From Tubiluchus corallicola (taxonomy: Eukaryota; Animalia; Priapulida), in assembly GCA_030141605.1 (NCBI GenBank), contig JAQGDQ010000197.1, forward strand, positions 310,001 through 374,000: DNA of 64,000 nt. The letters run 5' to 3'. Position 1 is the first letter of the stretch, and each line of letters opens with the position of its first letter. A program made the translations under genes and the position numbers. Of the stretch, positions 38,600-54,167 are shown piece after piece. The notes beneath the pieces were generated by a model, which worked only from the letters and a program-made list of their open reading frames with translations, had not been told where the DNA came from and made no database searches.

Positions 38600-39950
38600 A
38601 TATTTTTATTTATTTATTAATGATACATCTGTGAACTGAAGTCAAGAGACTTATATGTCCATTAAAAACATCGTAAAATTTTCATCGACAATACATAGAA
38701 TGTAAAATTACAACTAAAAGTACAAAATACATAGTACATGGTTAGTACAATATAAACACACAAGTACGTGCAAATAAATTAGAAGTGCAAATAAAAAGAT
38801 GAAAAATTGATTAGTACGATAAAATTGTATAATTATGGTAAAAAAATTACATCTTACATCATTTATCAAATCACACATTTTCTAGTAAATATTTTTTGAA
38901 CGTTTCTTAAATTTATTTTTATTACTGACCTGTTTTATTTTACTGGGTAAATTATTCCACATTACAGCACCATTATACATGACAGAATGTTTGATAACGT
39001 TGGTTCTACACTTAGGAATATGGAATTTGTGGTATTGTCGAGTTTGGTATGAATGTATACTGCTATTATAACTGAAAAAATGTGATACATATTAAACGAA
39101 AGATTATTAACGTATTTGTACATGAACAGGTTAGTTTGCATGTCGACTACCTTGGGCGTTGTCAGTATTTTTAAATTTTTGAAGAGATTTTCGGTGTGAG
39201 CTATGTAATGCGAGTGCGTCATTAGACGGATGAGCTTTTTTGAACTGTTGATAATCTTTCTGAGGTATCTGCATACGTATTACTCCATACTATACTGCAA
39301 TAATCAAAGTAAGGGTGTGCAACCATATAATACAGCTGATTATAAGTAGATAAATCTAAAATTTTATAACATTTTTTGAAAATTCCAAATATTTTACTAA
39401 GTTTTGAGCAAATGTGGTCGATGTGTTTTTTCCAAGATAAAATCTCATCCAAAACAAAACCTAAAAATTTAACTTCTTTAACATGACTGATAAAAACACC
39501 ATCGACATGAATCTGACAACTCTTTCTAAGATATCTTTTCTTTTTTCCAGTAAAAATTATAAAATTTGTCTTTTTTCCATTTAAACTTAATTTATTGGCC
39601 TTAGACCGATTCGATGGTAACATTAGTTCCTGATTAACGATTTCACAAAGAGAATAAACATTTTTATCAAATAAGATGAAATATAAATGTCATCAGCAAA
39701 TATTACCGTAAATAATTTTTTCGAAGCAGTTGCTAAATCATTGATGTAGATTAAAAACAATAGTGGTCCCAAAATAGAGCCCTGTGGGACACCACATACA
39801 CTACACACGTCTAGTATTTATTATAGTAAACAAATTGTTTTCTATCACTTAAATAACTTTTAAGCCATTTGTAGCATATTCCTCTAATCCCATAAAAAGT
39901 CGATTTTTCTAGTAAAATTTGATGGTCGACAGTGTCAAACGCCTTCGTGT
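38600..39950 (-). mobile_element. 5'-truncated, frameshifted CR1/L2-group LINE (reverse transcriptase)
   Basis: [61 protein letters not shown] across consecutive broken ORFs. Confidence 0.92.
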
Positions 39951-40265
39951 ATCTTGTAGACATAAATGCACAAAAATGAAGGTTACTCTGGCTGAGTAAT
40001 GGTAAACGTATAGCCATAAAAAGTCGTTGCATAACAAAGTGACAGAGCATCAAACAAGCAAGCAGCCTATAATTCTCTGGATGATATCATTTTCTCAAGA
40101 CCGCTAATGAAGTATTCATTGGATCAAATCAAGATGGTATTCAGTATTTTGATGGAAAGAAGTATTCAGTATTTTGGATTCATAGAAGCTGCGTGTAGCG
40201 GTTCTATGATCTATTAACGGAATAGTAACGAATCTACTAACTAAACTGATGTAGTACGATACAAA

Positions 40266-41786
<1,521 letters not shown>

Positions 41787-42004
41787 GCTGACAGCGCCAC
41801 TAATGGCATTGTATGTGTCCGTCGACTTAATTTATGTCTTCGCTTGTAAATACATCAAGCCATAACAATAATCATTTGAGAGCAGTGTGAGTTTACTTCA
41901 CGAACAATCGAAGCATTTTAAAAAAAGCTGGCAACGTTGTGTGTGCAATACGACTTTTGTGTTCTCCTTTATCGTACCTTAATGTAATTCCTAGTTTATA
42001 AAAC

Positions 42005-42725
42005 TTATACCTTACCTTAGACCTTAGTCCTTCCTGCGCATTGATGCACATTGGGCAGACAGCATTTTCCACTGAGTTCTATCGGCGGCTTCGTTCTCTA
42101 CGTTTTCCCAACGTATGTTGACAGCTCGAAGGTCTTCTTTGAAGGATCTGCGCCACGTTGTTTTTGGCCGACCTCTTTTTCGTTTCCCACCAGGTGGTTC
42201 CCACTGTACTGCTGTTTTGGCGTAACGACTTTCTGATAGACGGAGAATATGTCCAGCCAGTTTCATTCTTCTCTCTGTAACTATATCTTGTAACCGCAAT
42301 GACTGCGCTCGTTGAAGAACTTCAACATTGGTGACATGGTCGCGGTAGGAGATTTTTAGTATCTTTCGAAGGCATTTTTGGTGGAAGACGTTCAGTTTCT
42401 TTGATAACTCCGCTGTGACTTTCCAGGTTTCGCTGGCATAGAGAGCCGTTCGCAGCACAATGGCGTTGTACAGACGAAGTTTGATTTTCATGTCAATTTT
42501 CTTGCTTGTCCAGATTTTTCCCATCTTCCTAAATACTGCTGTTGCTTTGCCGATTCTCCCCCTGATGTCATTTTCTGTACCTCCATTACAGGTCATCACA
42601 CTGCCCAGATATGAAAAACTGGTAACGTTCTTAACCATTTGGCCTCCCACTGTTATATGTACATCATTCTGTTGGTTTGTCCACACTTTCAAAACTTTGG
42701 TCTTTTCTTGACTAATTCTCAATCC
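42005..42725 (-). mobile_element. 5'-truncated RTE-clade LINE with intact ORF 3' end
   Basis: GLRIS.EKTKV, FSYLGS, RIGKA..F, LYASETW, FHQKCLRKIL, GHILR, GKRKRGRPKTTW; (TAAGG)n-like 3' tail at 42005-42026. Confidence 0.95.
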
Positions 42726-43139
42726 AATAAAACTTATACGTATGTGCATAAATATGCATGGAGAGAACACATAAGTTATAGGGCACTGTGCGTTGTACAA
42801 ATGCGTATATATGTACATATATTAACTACTATGAATGCCGTCGATGAGGACAATGATTTTGTGACAGATTTTAGCTCCGTAATTTCAGTACATATTTAAC
42901 ACCACACAGAGACGTGCTGGCAAATTTATAGTAACCAGTCTGTTCACGTTTGGTATTAAATTAGCCTTGTCTAATTAAATTTTGTGGTGTCTTAATTGCC
43001 TAGAGTAGGTACTAACTAGACGCAACTCAATACAACTAGATACAGTCACATATTCAATTCGCCAAGTTAACTTAATTTAGTCCTTAAAGATTAATATTAT
43101 ACATTTCTGCTGTCGAATTGGGTCTTTAAACTAAGGAAA

Positions 43140-43672
43140 AAGAAGAAACAAAAAGAAAAAGATGAACACTATTGAAACCACTGTGGTTCATTCTCAGGTG
43201 AAATATTAAGAAAGAAAAAAAATCACATGAAAATATTAAGCGTTAATTTTTTGCGTTACTAATACAAAAAATACCAAACTTAAAAAAGAGTGCAATCATA
43301 TAGAAAGATGGAGGAAACACACTAAATGAAAAGAAGGAAAAGCACAGAAGCGTAAAATAAATGGCCTCAATGATAAATTTTGAGCCTCACTTGAATTTTG
43401 GGTTCAGACACATAAGTTTTGGGTTTTACTCTAAGATGTTGGGATTGCGGCCAATAATTTTATACTTCTTTATTTTTCTGTCGTGGTTTTTATTCATTGT
43501 GTCGCTGTGTTTTTGTACTTTGTGATTGTATCCTTTTTACGTGTGGTACTTTATGTGTTACAAACCTAAAAAATGAACATGTTTTAATTCTTATGACTTT
43601 TTTCTTTTTATTAATCTTTCATTTGAAACTGCAATGTGGCTTGAAACGTCGCATTCTTTCTTTTTTTTATTA
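43140..43672. mobile_element. Degenerate foldback (MITE-like) element
   Basis: A-rich left arm (~43140-43372) aligns by eye with the reverse complement of the T-rich right arm (~43443-43672). Confidence 0.6.
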
Positions 43673-43703
43673 ATTGTACCTATTCCTGTTATTGACAATT
43701 ATA

Positions 43704-44215
43704 GGCTAGTTGAAAGCCTCGCTCCTTTCGTACCTAGCCAATGCGTTATACGTATTGTCTCAGTAGCGTCTAATCACTGTGAAAAAGTTCCAATGCCTTC
43801 ATAATTTACAGTTTCTCTTAATTGATAATAATTAGCCAGTAGAGGGCGAGGCAGATGCTAAGCAATTCGACATGGCATGTTTTACAGAAAGTTTATCTCC
43901 ATAGAGTCACGTAGACATTATCCGTTTTTGCCATCATCCAGTTTGATATGAGATGATACATTTATCAAAAGGCAGTAGGAAATAAGTATCGAACAAGTAT
44001 AACTTCATTTAATGTAGTCGTGCAACGATCTTTTTTTCAGAATTCCTAATTTTGAAAACCAGCCAAATTGACGCGTACGTGGTTTTTGCTCTTGCTTTCA
44101 TTCTTATCACCAATGGACTGCGCGACATTGCTTCTTGCATAATAACAGAGTTTGCATTGCAACCTATAAATCGCTTTATGGGTGTTCGGAACGGGGAATA
44201 CACAGGCCGTAAAAC
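43704..44215. mobile_element. Partial inverted copy of the 40266-41786 element
   Basis: GAAAGCCTCGCTCCTTT, AATGCGTTATACGTATT, GCCAGTAGAGGGCGAG and AATAAGTATCGAACAAGTA are all reverse complements of sequence in 40875-41786. Confidence 0.85.
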
Positions 44216-46099
44216 ACGTCGTTCTGTCAGATCAAGTTATAAATCTATGTCGGCCATGCAAGCGCAGAGAAAAGGATTAGAAAGATGAACCACTAGAAGC
44301 AGACACCGTCTGTTAGATCAGCTAGATTTGTTACAAATGATTTTTCCTTGACTATGCATTGCTTTGAAAGGCAAGTTCTGCGGGGCTTCAAAATCAATCT
44401 TGACGATGCCTCTAAGTAAGAAAACGGACTACAGTTGTGTATGTCTCAAGTCGAAACGGCGCTTAGCTTTTAGAATAAAACTCACTCAGAGTAAGAGTAA
44501 ATGAGTTTATTTATTACCATTTATAACGACAAGAGAAGTGAATAAAAAAATTATAATTATAATTATTATTTATATACTTTATATTACATACAACTTTTAG
44601 TAACATTAGAAATTGCACAAGTGATTATTCAATTGAGTAATTAAAGGGTGGCGAAAGAACTATATTTATCAATGTCAGCCACCATCCCAGATATGCGACT
44701 AATAATAATAAGTTAATTAATTATTGCGGATGTATCAAGAAACATAACGTCACGAAACTTTCCTGCATTTTCTCGCATCAATGAGCTATAACAGCTTTTA
44801 ACTAGCGTTTGCTGCCAAAACTAATTTGAAGTAAGACAAAAGAAATTTCATGGAAAAATAACGGAAACAGTATCAAACTATTTTACATAGAAATGTAACT
44901 AATGTTTAATTGATCACGTTTTCCACAACATTGTAGCTGGGATTCAGCTTTGCTCCAGTATCATTTTGATATCTATAGGCTTCTAAATAGACCAGATAAT
45001 TACAGTACGTCGATATGGGCGCCAGTAAGCTTAAGCTTCCATTCTTCGCCTCGGATGTCATTGATCACACTTGTTTCAATAGCCAGTACTGATGGCAGCT
45101 GTTGGCGACCTACTTTACAAAAGGGTTAATTCTTGGTCATGCTCTTCAGTATTATATTGCTATACGAGCAGTCATCAGGCAAAAGTAGATTCCATTGTGT
45201 GATGGATTCGAAGTCACTGGCTTGCTCAATGGGCTTCCTTAAAGTTTGTATACCTTCACATACACTCATATGATGGCTAATCTGTAAGCCCATCATATTG
45301 TTCTTACCTTGTCGTAAGTCATAAGTCATTAAATTTCACACAATACATTTGCAACAATTTTGTGTACAAAAATACAGTGAAAAAGTCACAATGAACATTA
45401 CAGTTTCTTACTGTTTCTGAACAAGAAAAGCTTTACACTACGTTTGCTGCGTTGCAGGACAATCGAAAACCAGAGCTTGTTAGATTGCCACACCCTGAAA
45501 AGTTAAAGGAGTAATGAATATAAATGGCGGTTCTTCAAATTTAATACCATTAACAAAGCAGTGCTAAAAAATCAAAAGAAACCAGTTTTATAGTAAGTTT
45601 ATAACAAAACAAATTGATTATTCGTAATTAGAGTAGGATTTTAGGTTTTAAAACCTTATATTATAGTAGGTAGACTTTAAATGGTTGATTTGCAATTGCT
45701 AGGTGCTTGCAATAATCTGGAATATCTTGACGTGACTCACGTTTCGTTGTAGAAATTCGCGTATCGTGCATGACTTTGGCGTGACTTTGTTCTACACATA
45801 TTTCCCAACTACTGTTATTGAATATCTTAAATTTCGAGCAAGCAGAGTGAAACTGTAGCAACTGTGTAATCACTCACTGTGCAATTGTGTTTGTCGAGAA
45901 CTATTGCTGTTTTGACAACTGCAGAAGATAAAACGCTCCTTCAACAACCTTTTTTGATGAAAAAGCTGACGTCGCTTGACGAATATGGATGCGACGCGCT
46001 TTTTGAAAAAATGTGAGGTTTTTTGGCTTCTTCACAAATAAAATCAGCAACATACACAATACAGTTCTGGTGATTTAGTATTAATATTCATGTTTTAGT

Positions 46100-46630
46100 A
46101 CTCACTGCATTCAACTGCGAAACGTTTTGTCCTCTGCTGTCCGAGCATCACAAAGCAGCAAGAATATGCTAATCAATGCTGGAATATTACGTTTGATAAG
46201 AAGTGAAAACAGCTTGTAGAATTTAACTTTATAAAAAGTTTTCGAAGCGTAGAGAAAGCAACAATAGACAACCAAATCATGGTTATTATAATAGAAACTC
46301 TAGAGTTTCTTTTTAAAACCATAGCGCACATAGATGTAGAAGTTTTCTTTTTCAAACCGAATGGTTGGTCAAAACTGAATATCAGATTTTCGCATTTTAT
46401 TATAATTATCCAATTAAGCATTTATAGATGGATGGCAACAATGCAACGGTCTTTACTACTTAAATCGCCTCGTTGATCTTTAGGAACGGGGTAGATATTA
46501 GAGAATTTTAAATCGTCAGGGGAAATATTGAATTAACATTCATATTCATCAATAGACATAAGTGCACAAAAATGTAAGGGGCATGTATTAAGTGATCAGA
46601 CGTTAACCCAAGGTTGCCATCAGATTTAGT
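46100..46630 (-). mobile_element. Decayed non-LTR retrotransposon RT N-terminal fragment (CR1/L2 group)
   Basis: DQPFGLKKKTSTSMCAMVLK resembles Q.GFK...ST..C...LKE; followed by a degenerate F.DA.KAFD.V segment. Confidence 0.6.
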
Positions 46631-47127
46631 AGGTTTCATGGTAAATCGTGAGTGTCGATATCATCACATAGCTTAGATGATCTCTGGCATCCCAGAAAGA
46701 GGATTCTCGGAAGGAGATATACAATTCTTTAGAAAGAGGTGGAACAGGGCTACACGATGGAAGGGTCACATTTCAGGACACCTCCAAAGACAGGAGTGGC
46801 GACGAGTTGATTAGAGGTTCCGTTTTGGGCAATTCTTGCTTGGAAAACTGTTGACGCAAGCCATTGTACTGACGTCATTCCTTTGTACTCTGATTATAAT
46901 TTTGTTAAGTAAAAGCAGCTGCTGGCTGTTATAATGTAAGTTATATAATGATAATTAATACGATCAAATTAATACGAGCATATTAATACGATCAAAAGGA
47001 GCAGTTTGCAAACACTATTTAGAATATCCGTGCATTACTGTTCATTGATGGATGGATCTAAGAGCTTTTGTTATAGCATACAGTTTCAACTTTCTGCAAA
47101 ATGTTTTGCAACGTTTCGCTACGATAC

Positions 47128-47420
47128 TGTGCTGTTGGTGTTGGTGTTGTTTGTGTTGTCATCGTCGTCATCGTCATTATCATCATAATCACCATGTGAT
47201 GTGGTGGGTTTGGCATGGTGTAAGTGGCGTGGCATGGTGTAATGTGGGTGGTGCGATATGGGTATTGTGGTGTGGATGATGTGGTGTGGGTAGTGTGGGG
47301 TGGAGCCGTGTAGGCGGTGTGTTGTGGGTGGTATTGGTATAGTTTGGTGGGTTTGGTGTTGTGTGTTGCGGGTGGTGTGTTGTGGGTGATGCTGGTGCAG
47401 TGCTGTGGGTGGAGCGGTGG
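47128..47420. repeat. GT-rich low-complexity tract
   Basis: Degenerate (GTGTG/GTGG)n; seen directly. Confidence 0.85.
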
Positions 47421-47467
47421 ATATGATATGGTTTATCATTGTGGGATTTAAGTGCAATATTGTTCTA

Positions 47468-47591
<124 letters not shown>

Positions 47592-49895
47592 CACCATAAA
47601 ATGATCAGGTTTCTGCTTGTTAAAACTGGATTCCTGACGCGAGCTATAATAGTTTACTCGCAGTTATTTTATTACTGATTCAATAGGAGTTTCCGTTTCA
47701 TATCATGCAGCCAATAAAACTATTTGTACAAGTTTCTGTCATCTTAACTTTGTGGTGACAGCCTTTGTGCTCCAACAACCTCTCAAGCGACTTACACCAA
47801 GCTCGGATCGCTGTGCAAATATGTCTCCTGATTTTCTGCTTCTCTTCTTTTTATACAAAACCCCACGAGACTGTCCTGACTTTGATTTATGTTTAATGAT
47901 TTGTCACAAAACGCCATTAAGGCATGCGCATTACAAAAAGCAACCTTAGAACTATTATATCCCAGCAAATCTCAAGCCGTGACTGAGTGACTAACTAAAA
48001 GACTACCTCACTAGTTGGTTGACTTGCTGACTGACCGCATGGCTAACTCTCTTACTATAATTATATAGTGCGCTTACTAAGTGCCGTAATTTTTGAAATC
48101 TAGCATCATAACCACGAGTAGTTTGACGCAGCAGTTGTCTGAGTTTTTTTTTGAAGGGGGGCAAGTGCAAAAAATTGACTCGAAAATGAGGCGGATCATC
48201 TTGCAAATAGCTTTTCCGACTAAATAGCTGTGTGAATTACCGTGGCTGGTTGCAAAATCGATCCACTTTGGAAGCTGCGTGAATATACGCTGAGAAATAT
48301 AGTCCTAATACTATATCAGAAACTTAAATGGTTGACAGATCCAATATAAACTTAATTACGTCTTCCCTGACTGAGCTGACTCGTTTGCAATGTGGTTTTG
48401 TCATACAGCTGTAAACCCCTGTCATGTATATGCAGGCTCGTGCGATATTAACTTGATGTAAATAATATTACGCATGCGCACATTGTAAGCAACAGTAAGT
48501 TGTGGATGACTAAACGGTAATTACTGGGAGTTGGAATAATATCTAATAATAATTAGGTATTTTAAAAAGACAACAAGAAGAAACATATCAAAATAGGTTG
48601 AGAAAAGAAGGTTAAAAACACAGTGTCTAAAGCTCTGTTCGAAATAATTTAAAAATTGGTTTAGACGATTAACTCTTAATTTAAGAAACAGCGGAAAGTT
48701 TGGAGATTTTAATGATAATTTTATCCTGCTGACTTTATCTTATTTTCAACAACATTTTGAAATGATCGCTTAGGCAATACATAAAAGCTACAAAATTACA
48801 TGTTATCATTAACTTTTCAACTTTCGTTTGCTAACTAAAACTTAAGGGTTTTCACACCTAATTGGTTTCTACGTAAAATTTTCGCTAGCCGTTGTCATTC
48901 ATGTAGGGCTTCGCCGAAGACAACGCGTAATGGCTTCCCAGAACGCTATTTGAAAAGGTCATCTGTAGCTAAAAGCAATTCTACTTCCTAAATCCCTCAA
49001 ACGAATTCAGTAGCTTGTATAATTTATCCGGAAAGGGCTGCCATATTTGCATTATCAAGTTTGCACAGTAGGAAACAGCGCGACATCTGCAATCTTGTAT
49101 TAGGATTTTAGTCCCGCAACGTGAAGCCCTAATAGAAAGTATTAGAGACGGTGCAAGTAAGGGAAGATTGAGGAGACGATGTGAATCTTAATTTCACTAT
49201 ATGTGGTTGAACGATTGATGGCCATGTGAATGCTTTTGTATGGTGTCGTGAGATTAACTTCGACGTGTTTAAGTTGACCTGTCTTTTAGTGGTTCCTAGA
49301 CATCAACTGAGCAATTAGCAAGGCCCAACAACAGCATTTTCAAACTGGCACAATTACACGACACCGAAACACCAACATTACCCACAAATAATCAATAACG
49401 CGCGGAAGTTCCGCCTAATGTTTTTTTATGGAGAAATAATTCAGAAATAATGGAAGGTGTGGCAACAGCAATTGGCAGCATTGTGGGCTTGAGGCCAGTA
49501 TTGGCGTTTTTGGAGATCTCTTCAGATGAACTTTTTGCATTTTCTAGACAAACATCCAACTAAATTCTGTTTGATAAAGCTTAATTTTTGTGCGTTAACT
49601 GTAATGATTTTATTGCTTTTTGACACTATCCTAATATCTTATTGATATAAGCAATATAAACGAATTGCCGACTACTAAGTAGATTTATGTGTTGTGTCTT
49701 AACTAGTTTGGTATCTTTGTTCGTTTATATGCACACGCTAATTTCTACTACTATAAAATTAAAGCTTTTCCTTAAACTTATTCATGGCGATAGTTCAAAA
49801 TTTGTTACACCCATACATAATTTCGCTGTTTCATGGTTTTATAGTTTTCATTTTGATAATACGGAATGACACGATATGACGTCGAACCTTTACGT

Positions 49896-50172
49896 TGTAA
49901 TAATAATCAATAATAATATTCTTTATTTAAAGTCGGCTTTTGGATGAACAATTAACATAATCTCAAAGAGCTTTTGGGCCAACAGTAAATAACAGACTAC
50001 AACTACATAACAGAGACTGTTATTTCCCCATTTTTACCCTAAATACCGCGCCCCAGGCAGGGCAACAGCATGTACCATTTTTAAAGTCTTTGGTATGACC
50101 AGGCCTCTGTATCGTACTCACGACTTCTTGAGGGAAAGCGGACGCGTTACAACTACACTAAACCATATGGTC
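49896..50172 (-). mobile_element. tRNA-derived SINE with Meta/MESC-like core, apparently full length
   Basis: - strand: degenerate A/B-box head, core GGTCATACCAAAGACTTTAAAAATGGTAC..GC...CCCTGC.TGG (recalled MetaSINE consensus), 3' end GACTTTAAATAAAG plus an (ATT)-like tail. Confidence 0.7.
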
Positions 50173-50384
50173 TAAACTCGTAACTTCACGTGTTATTGTG
50201 TTTTGCCAAAGTGTATTTAAAAGAGGTTTTTACACTTTGGCTCTGCCAACAATTCTGGGTGCAATAATCAGCAGCAAAATATAATATGGCTAAAGTTTAC
50301 AATTCTCCACACAAAAGAAATACCGTAAAAGTATTATGACATCATTTCGGTAAATTAAATACATTATTATTACTCTTGTTTCAG

Positions 50385-50546
50385 TTTGACACTCTCGTTG
50401 GCGAGGTGTTCAAAAGCAAGATGGATGTGGCGGGGAGCGAGGGCGAGAAAGAACCTGTTCCCATGAATCTGGTGCGCAAGGAACGTGATTTGACCATTGA
50501 CGAAAAGCGATTCCTTCTTGCAGTCGAACATGGGGACATGCCAAAG
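50385..50546 (+). CDS. TRPC: TRPC/TRP-gamma-like cation channel, exon with start of ankyrin repeat 1 (first in-exon ATG at 50421)
   Basis: Acceptor TTGTTTCAG|; translates FDTLVGEVFKSK-MDVAGS...LTIDEKRFLLAVEHGDMPK; donor AAG|GTATTG, phase 0. Not in the ORF track. Confidence 0.88.
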
Positions 50547-52328
50547 GTATTGTGATTGTCGGCGTCCTAAATTCTAAATTTCAATTAAACTTTATGTAAT
50601 TTTCACCGTGAGCTTTGCCTTGATCTTTATTATGTTAATTATGTTAACTTCATATAGGAAAATAATTTGTATTGGCCTGAATGGTCAGATTTTTTTACCA
50701 AAATATCGCTGCCACCGCAAGACTACCTTTACATAAGGTGACTTCCAGAAACAGTTTTACCAGCTTAACAAAAAAGGCAAGCAAGGAGAAGGGACCTGCT
50801 AACTTCTCAAACTTTGTCAGTTGTTCACATCTTGTGTCGTATTTGTGTGCAGTGAAGCACATTCCACACTTCACTGTTGCTAGAAGAAAAGCTGCATCTA
50901 GTATCTAGATTAGAAACAATGATAAACGTGATAATTTCATTATTAGTGGGTTTATGGATGTGTCAGATGTATGATATAGATCAAACTTCGTGTTGCACTG
51001 GTCGCAGGTACTTCTATCAGGTTCAATTATATAACCTTTGCGTATACGATAACTTTTACTTTCTATATAATTTTTTACTCTAATATCTAATTTTATGTCA
51101 TTTTTTCCATACAGATTGTTAACATTGTGTGCCATAGTTTAGATTTACTTGTATGTGTTTGTTTATGGCTTTAAACTGCAATAGACTGATAAATAAATAA
51201 CACAGTCTCATTCGAACGCAACAAGGCTTTAACTGTAGTCTCACTGTAAATTTGTAAATTTCTTGCTTGCCAGCAGAAAGTGTCATTACAGTAACTCCAT
51301 TAAATTTTAAAATAGGCGTATGCATTTAAATTCGTCTACTAAATATTAAATTCGAGAAATAGTAGAATTCGCGGAAACTTGGAATGCACAGAGGGCTATA
51401 TATTTAACATTAATATTAAAGCTAAATTCCAGCCAGGAATACACGAATTCGTGGATGAATGCAAATTTATAATATCCTGCTTGTAAACAGTCAGTCGCGC
51501 GCACTTAAATTCATCATCTTTAAAAAAGTTACTTTTTGTATATTATAATCGGAAGTCATTGTCAGATGTAGATACGCTAAATATATTTTATGTTTTTTTT
51601 TGTGTATTTTAACTCTGGTGTAATAATTTGTATTTGTGTTGTTTAGGTGAAATAAACTGAATTTGAATTTGAAATATTTGAAAAACTGGGAACACTGGCT
51701 GGCACTATTCGAATTCTGCTAAAACTGCAACTGTTTTTAAATCGACGCCGTTCTAACAGTTTGCATTGAAAATACCGATTTTTTCATTCATTTTATCAAC
51801 TTAAATTGTGTTTAATCGTCTGTCTTTACCGTTAAGTTAATTGCACGTCCTCATTTTATTAATATGCATAATATGCATTTCCAGAGAACTGGAGTACTTC
51901 TTCAATTATTTAGCAGTTCTATGTTTCTTACTACTCTTTGTTGTCATTTGTTCTTTTTTATACACTTCGTCACACTGCATGTCAGAATCCCACATTCAGC
52001 GGCCTGACCTACTCAACGAAACGTTTGAGTCATGATCAGAGCCATGTATCATGGTGCCAAATATCTTATCGAGAACATGTCTATAAGTTGAGCCACTGAC
52101 CCAGTAGAAGTGAATTAGGTTTGCGAATGATACCGCTCGAAACGAGTATCAAATCGCCAGCAGCCACACGCAACTCACAAAGTGTGCATGTTTACCTACT
52201 CGGCCATGAGCCTCGCTACATCTTTTGACAAATTTCAGAATTGTCAAATTTTTGTAACAATTCATTTGTTTTCTTGTGCTGTACGTCTACAAAAAACAAA
52301 CCTAATATGTCGCAAAACAAAATTTCAG

Positions 52329-52586
52329 GTGAAGCAGTTTCTTCAGGATGCTGCCGCAACAGGTCACATAAACATCAACTGCGTCGATCCGCTAGGTCGC
52401 TCCGCCCTTCTCATCGCCATTGAGAATGAAAACTTGGAACTACTAGAAGTGCTCCTCCACCACAATGTGGAACTAGGCGATGCCTTGCTCCATGCCATTA
52501 GTGAAGTCAACGTGGAGGCGGTGGAGATGCTGCTCAATTACGAGGAAGACAAACGCAAGGAGCAAGAAGAGAAAGAAAAGGACGGG
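52329..52586 (+). CDS. TRPC: TRPC/TRP-gamma-like channel, ankyrin-repeat exon
   Basis: TTTCAG|GTG; [29 protein letters not shown]...[10 protein letters not shown]; donor GGG|GTAAGT, phase 0. Confidence 0.95.
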
Positions 52587-52682
52587 GTAAGTTAAGGGAA
52601 AATTACCAATGATTATGGCTAAGTCCAAAAACATTACTTAATCACATAAAAACAAGAAATTAATATTAAAATCGAAAGTCTA

Positions 52683-52757
52683 AAAACCTCCACGGGGTTC
52701 AATTCAAGACCTTTTGCTTTCCGGGCAGCTATGTAACCATTATATCACATAGGCTCA
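52683..52757 (-). mobile_element. tRNA-derived (SINE-like) head fragment
   Basis: - strand GATATAATGGTTA...GGAAAGCAAAAGGTCTTGAATTGAACCCC; degenerate A/B boxes. Confidence 0.4.
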
Positions 52758-52989
52758 ATAGTCCAAATGTCGGGAATGTCAAACTGAAGAATTTGTAACT
52801 TAGTCTGCATTTGAATGAGGGACTTTTATGGTATTAGTCTGCTTCGTGGGAGATCATTACCTAACAATTCTGATTGCTGTAGCATCGACTTATCCGACAA
52901 TAACAAGCTCTTCTGCTCAAAAGCCCAAAAACTGATGTCATCTGGCAAAGTCTAGCCTCTTCTCCTTTCATCTTCTGATGTCAGGTTGT

Positions 52990-53431
52990 CTCTTCCGTGC
53001 TAAGATGCAGGATTTGAGTCTCAATTCCTTACTTCGAAAAAGGTGTGAAATAAGTGTTAGTGCTATTTCAAGGCGAGTAAGTAAAAATTCAAGGCCTGCA
53101 ACACCGAAGCCACACCTAACGCAAATGATAAAAAGGCTAGACTTTGTCAGACAACATCAATATTGGCCTGTTGAACAGTGGAGGAGCTTGTCGTTCTCTG
53201 ATGAGTCGAGGCTGTAGCAGTTCATACGTCGCAAGAGACATGTATGGCAGTACTTACGTACCTAGGTACGTAGAACTGTGCAAGAAGAAGCGAAAACTGC
53301 ATGTGAACATTCACAAAGGCAAAATTTTCATGCAAGGTGGTGCACCGGTGCAAGGTAGCAACCAGCTTCCTGAAATAGATGAAAATCCCTGTGTTGGGAT
53401 TCCCTACAGTCTAGATCTCAATCCCATTTAG
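52990..53431 (+). mobile_element. Decayed Tc1-like transposase fragment in a TRPC intron
   Basis: KPHLT...RLDFVRQHQYWPVEQWRSLSFSDES, IFMQGGAP (cf. QDNAP) and SLDLNPI. Confidence 0.85.
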
Positions 53432-54167
53432 GGTCAGTACAGGTGGCAGAGTGATTAAGGTAACGGACTGTGGATGCTTCTCTGCTTCCAGCCCGAAATC
53501 GAATCTCACGACCACCTGTATTGGCGCAAACAGTTGTTATTTGTATCATTTATTTGTGGCGTCTTAGTGTTGTTGTATTCGTTAACAGTCGCTTATAGTT
53601 GCCTATGGCTAATGTTGTCTGTTGTCCCAGCGACTCTCAATAAGTATCTTTGTCATTTGTCCTGTGTATATACTAAAAGATAAGGTGATAGAAAAACAGC
53701 CAACAAGTGCTGAACAGCCAACAGGTGCTGAAAATTTAAAACAAACTATCAAAAACGTATAAACAAAGAAATTTGTGAGGAGAACTGTGAATTTATGGTT
53801 TCAGGTACGTCGATGCCTAGCAAAGGATATGATATTGCATGTTATGATAATGTAAAAACTAGATAAAGATAGTTTTGTCAAATTTCTTCAAAAATTGGCA
53901 CTGGTCTTTGACTTTCACAAATCAAATGACTGTCCACTGCAGATTTACGTTACAGTGAACAACTGCTCCATGTAATCGATGTAGCTTCGAACTAGAAAGA
54001 AGTCAGTGCGGGGAAATTAAGCAAAATGTTCATATAAAATGGCAGCTATAGTATCCCTACAGTCATCAAATCGTCGTATACTGTAATTGAGTTGTTATCT
54101 ACAGTAATGATGTGTTCGTCAATACCAACTCACACAAATTTGGAGTATAGTGGAATTGTATATCATG

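Noticed and set aside
45040-45330. Possible old RTE fragment (GLQIS...IEQASDF) on the - strand
   Set aside because: Too degenerate to support without a search.
47119-47457. His/Pro/Thr-rich ORF
   Set aside because: Arises from the GT-rich low-complexity repeat.
48083-48302. Possible pogo-like MITE (CCGTAATTTTT start)
   Set aside because: Right terminus too poorly matched.
52182-52328. ORF-track N-terminal extensions of TRPC exons (also 58420-58461, 63243-63296)
   Set aside because: Intronic read-through upstream of clear acceptor sites.
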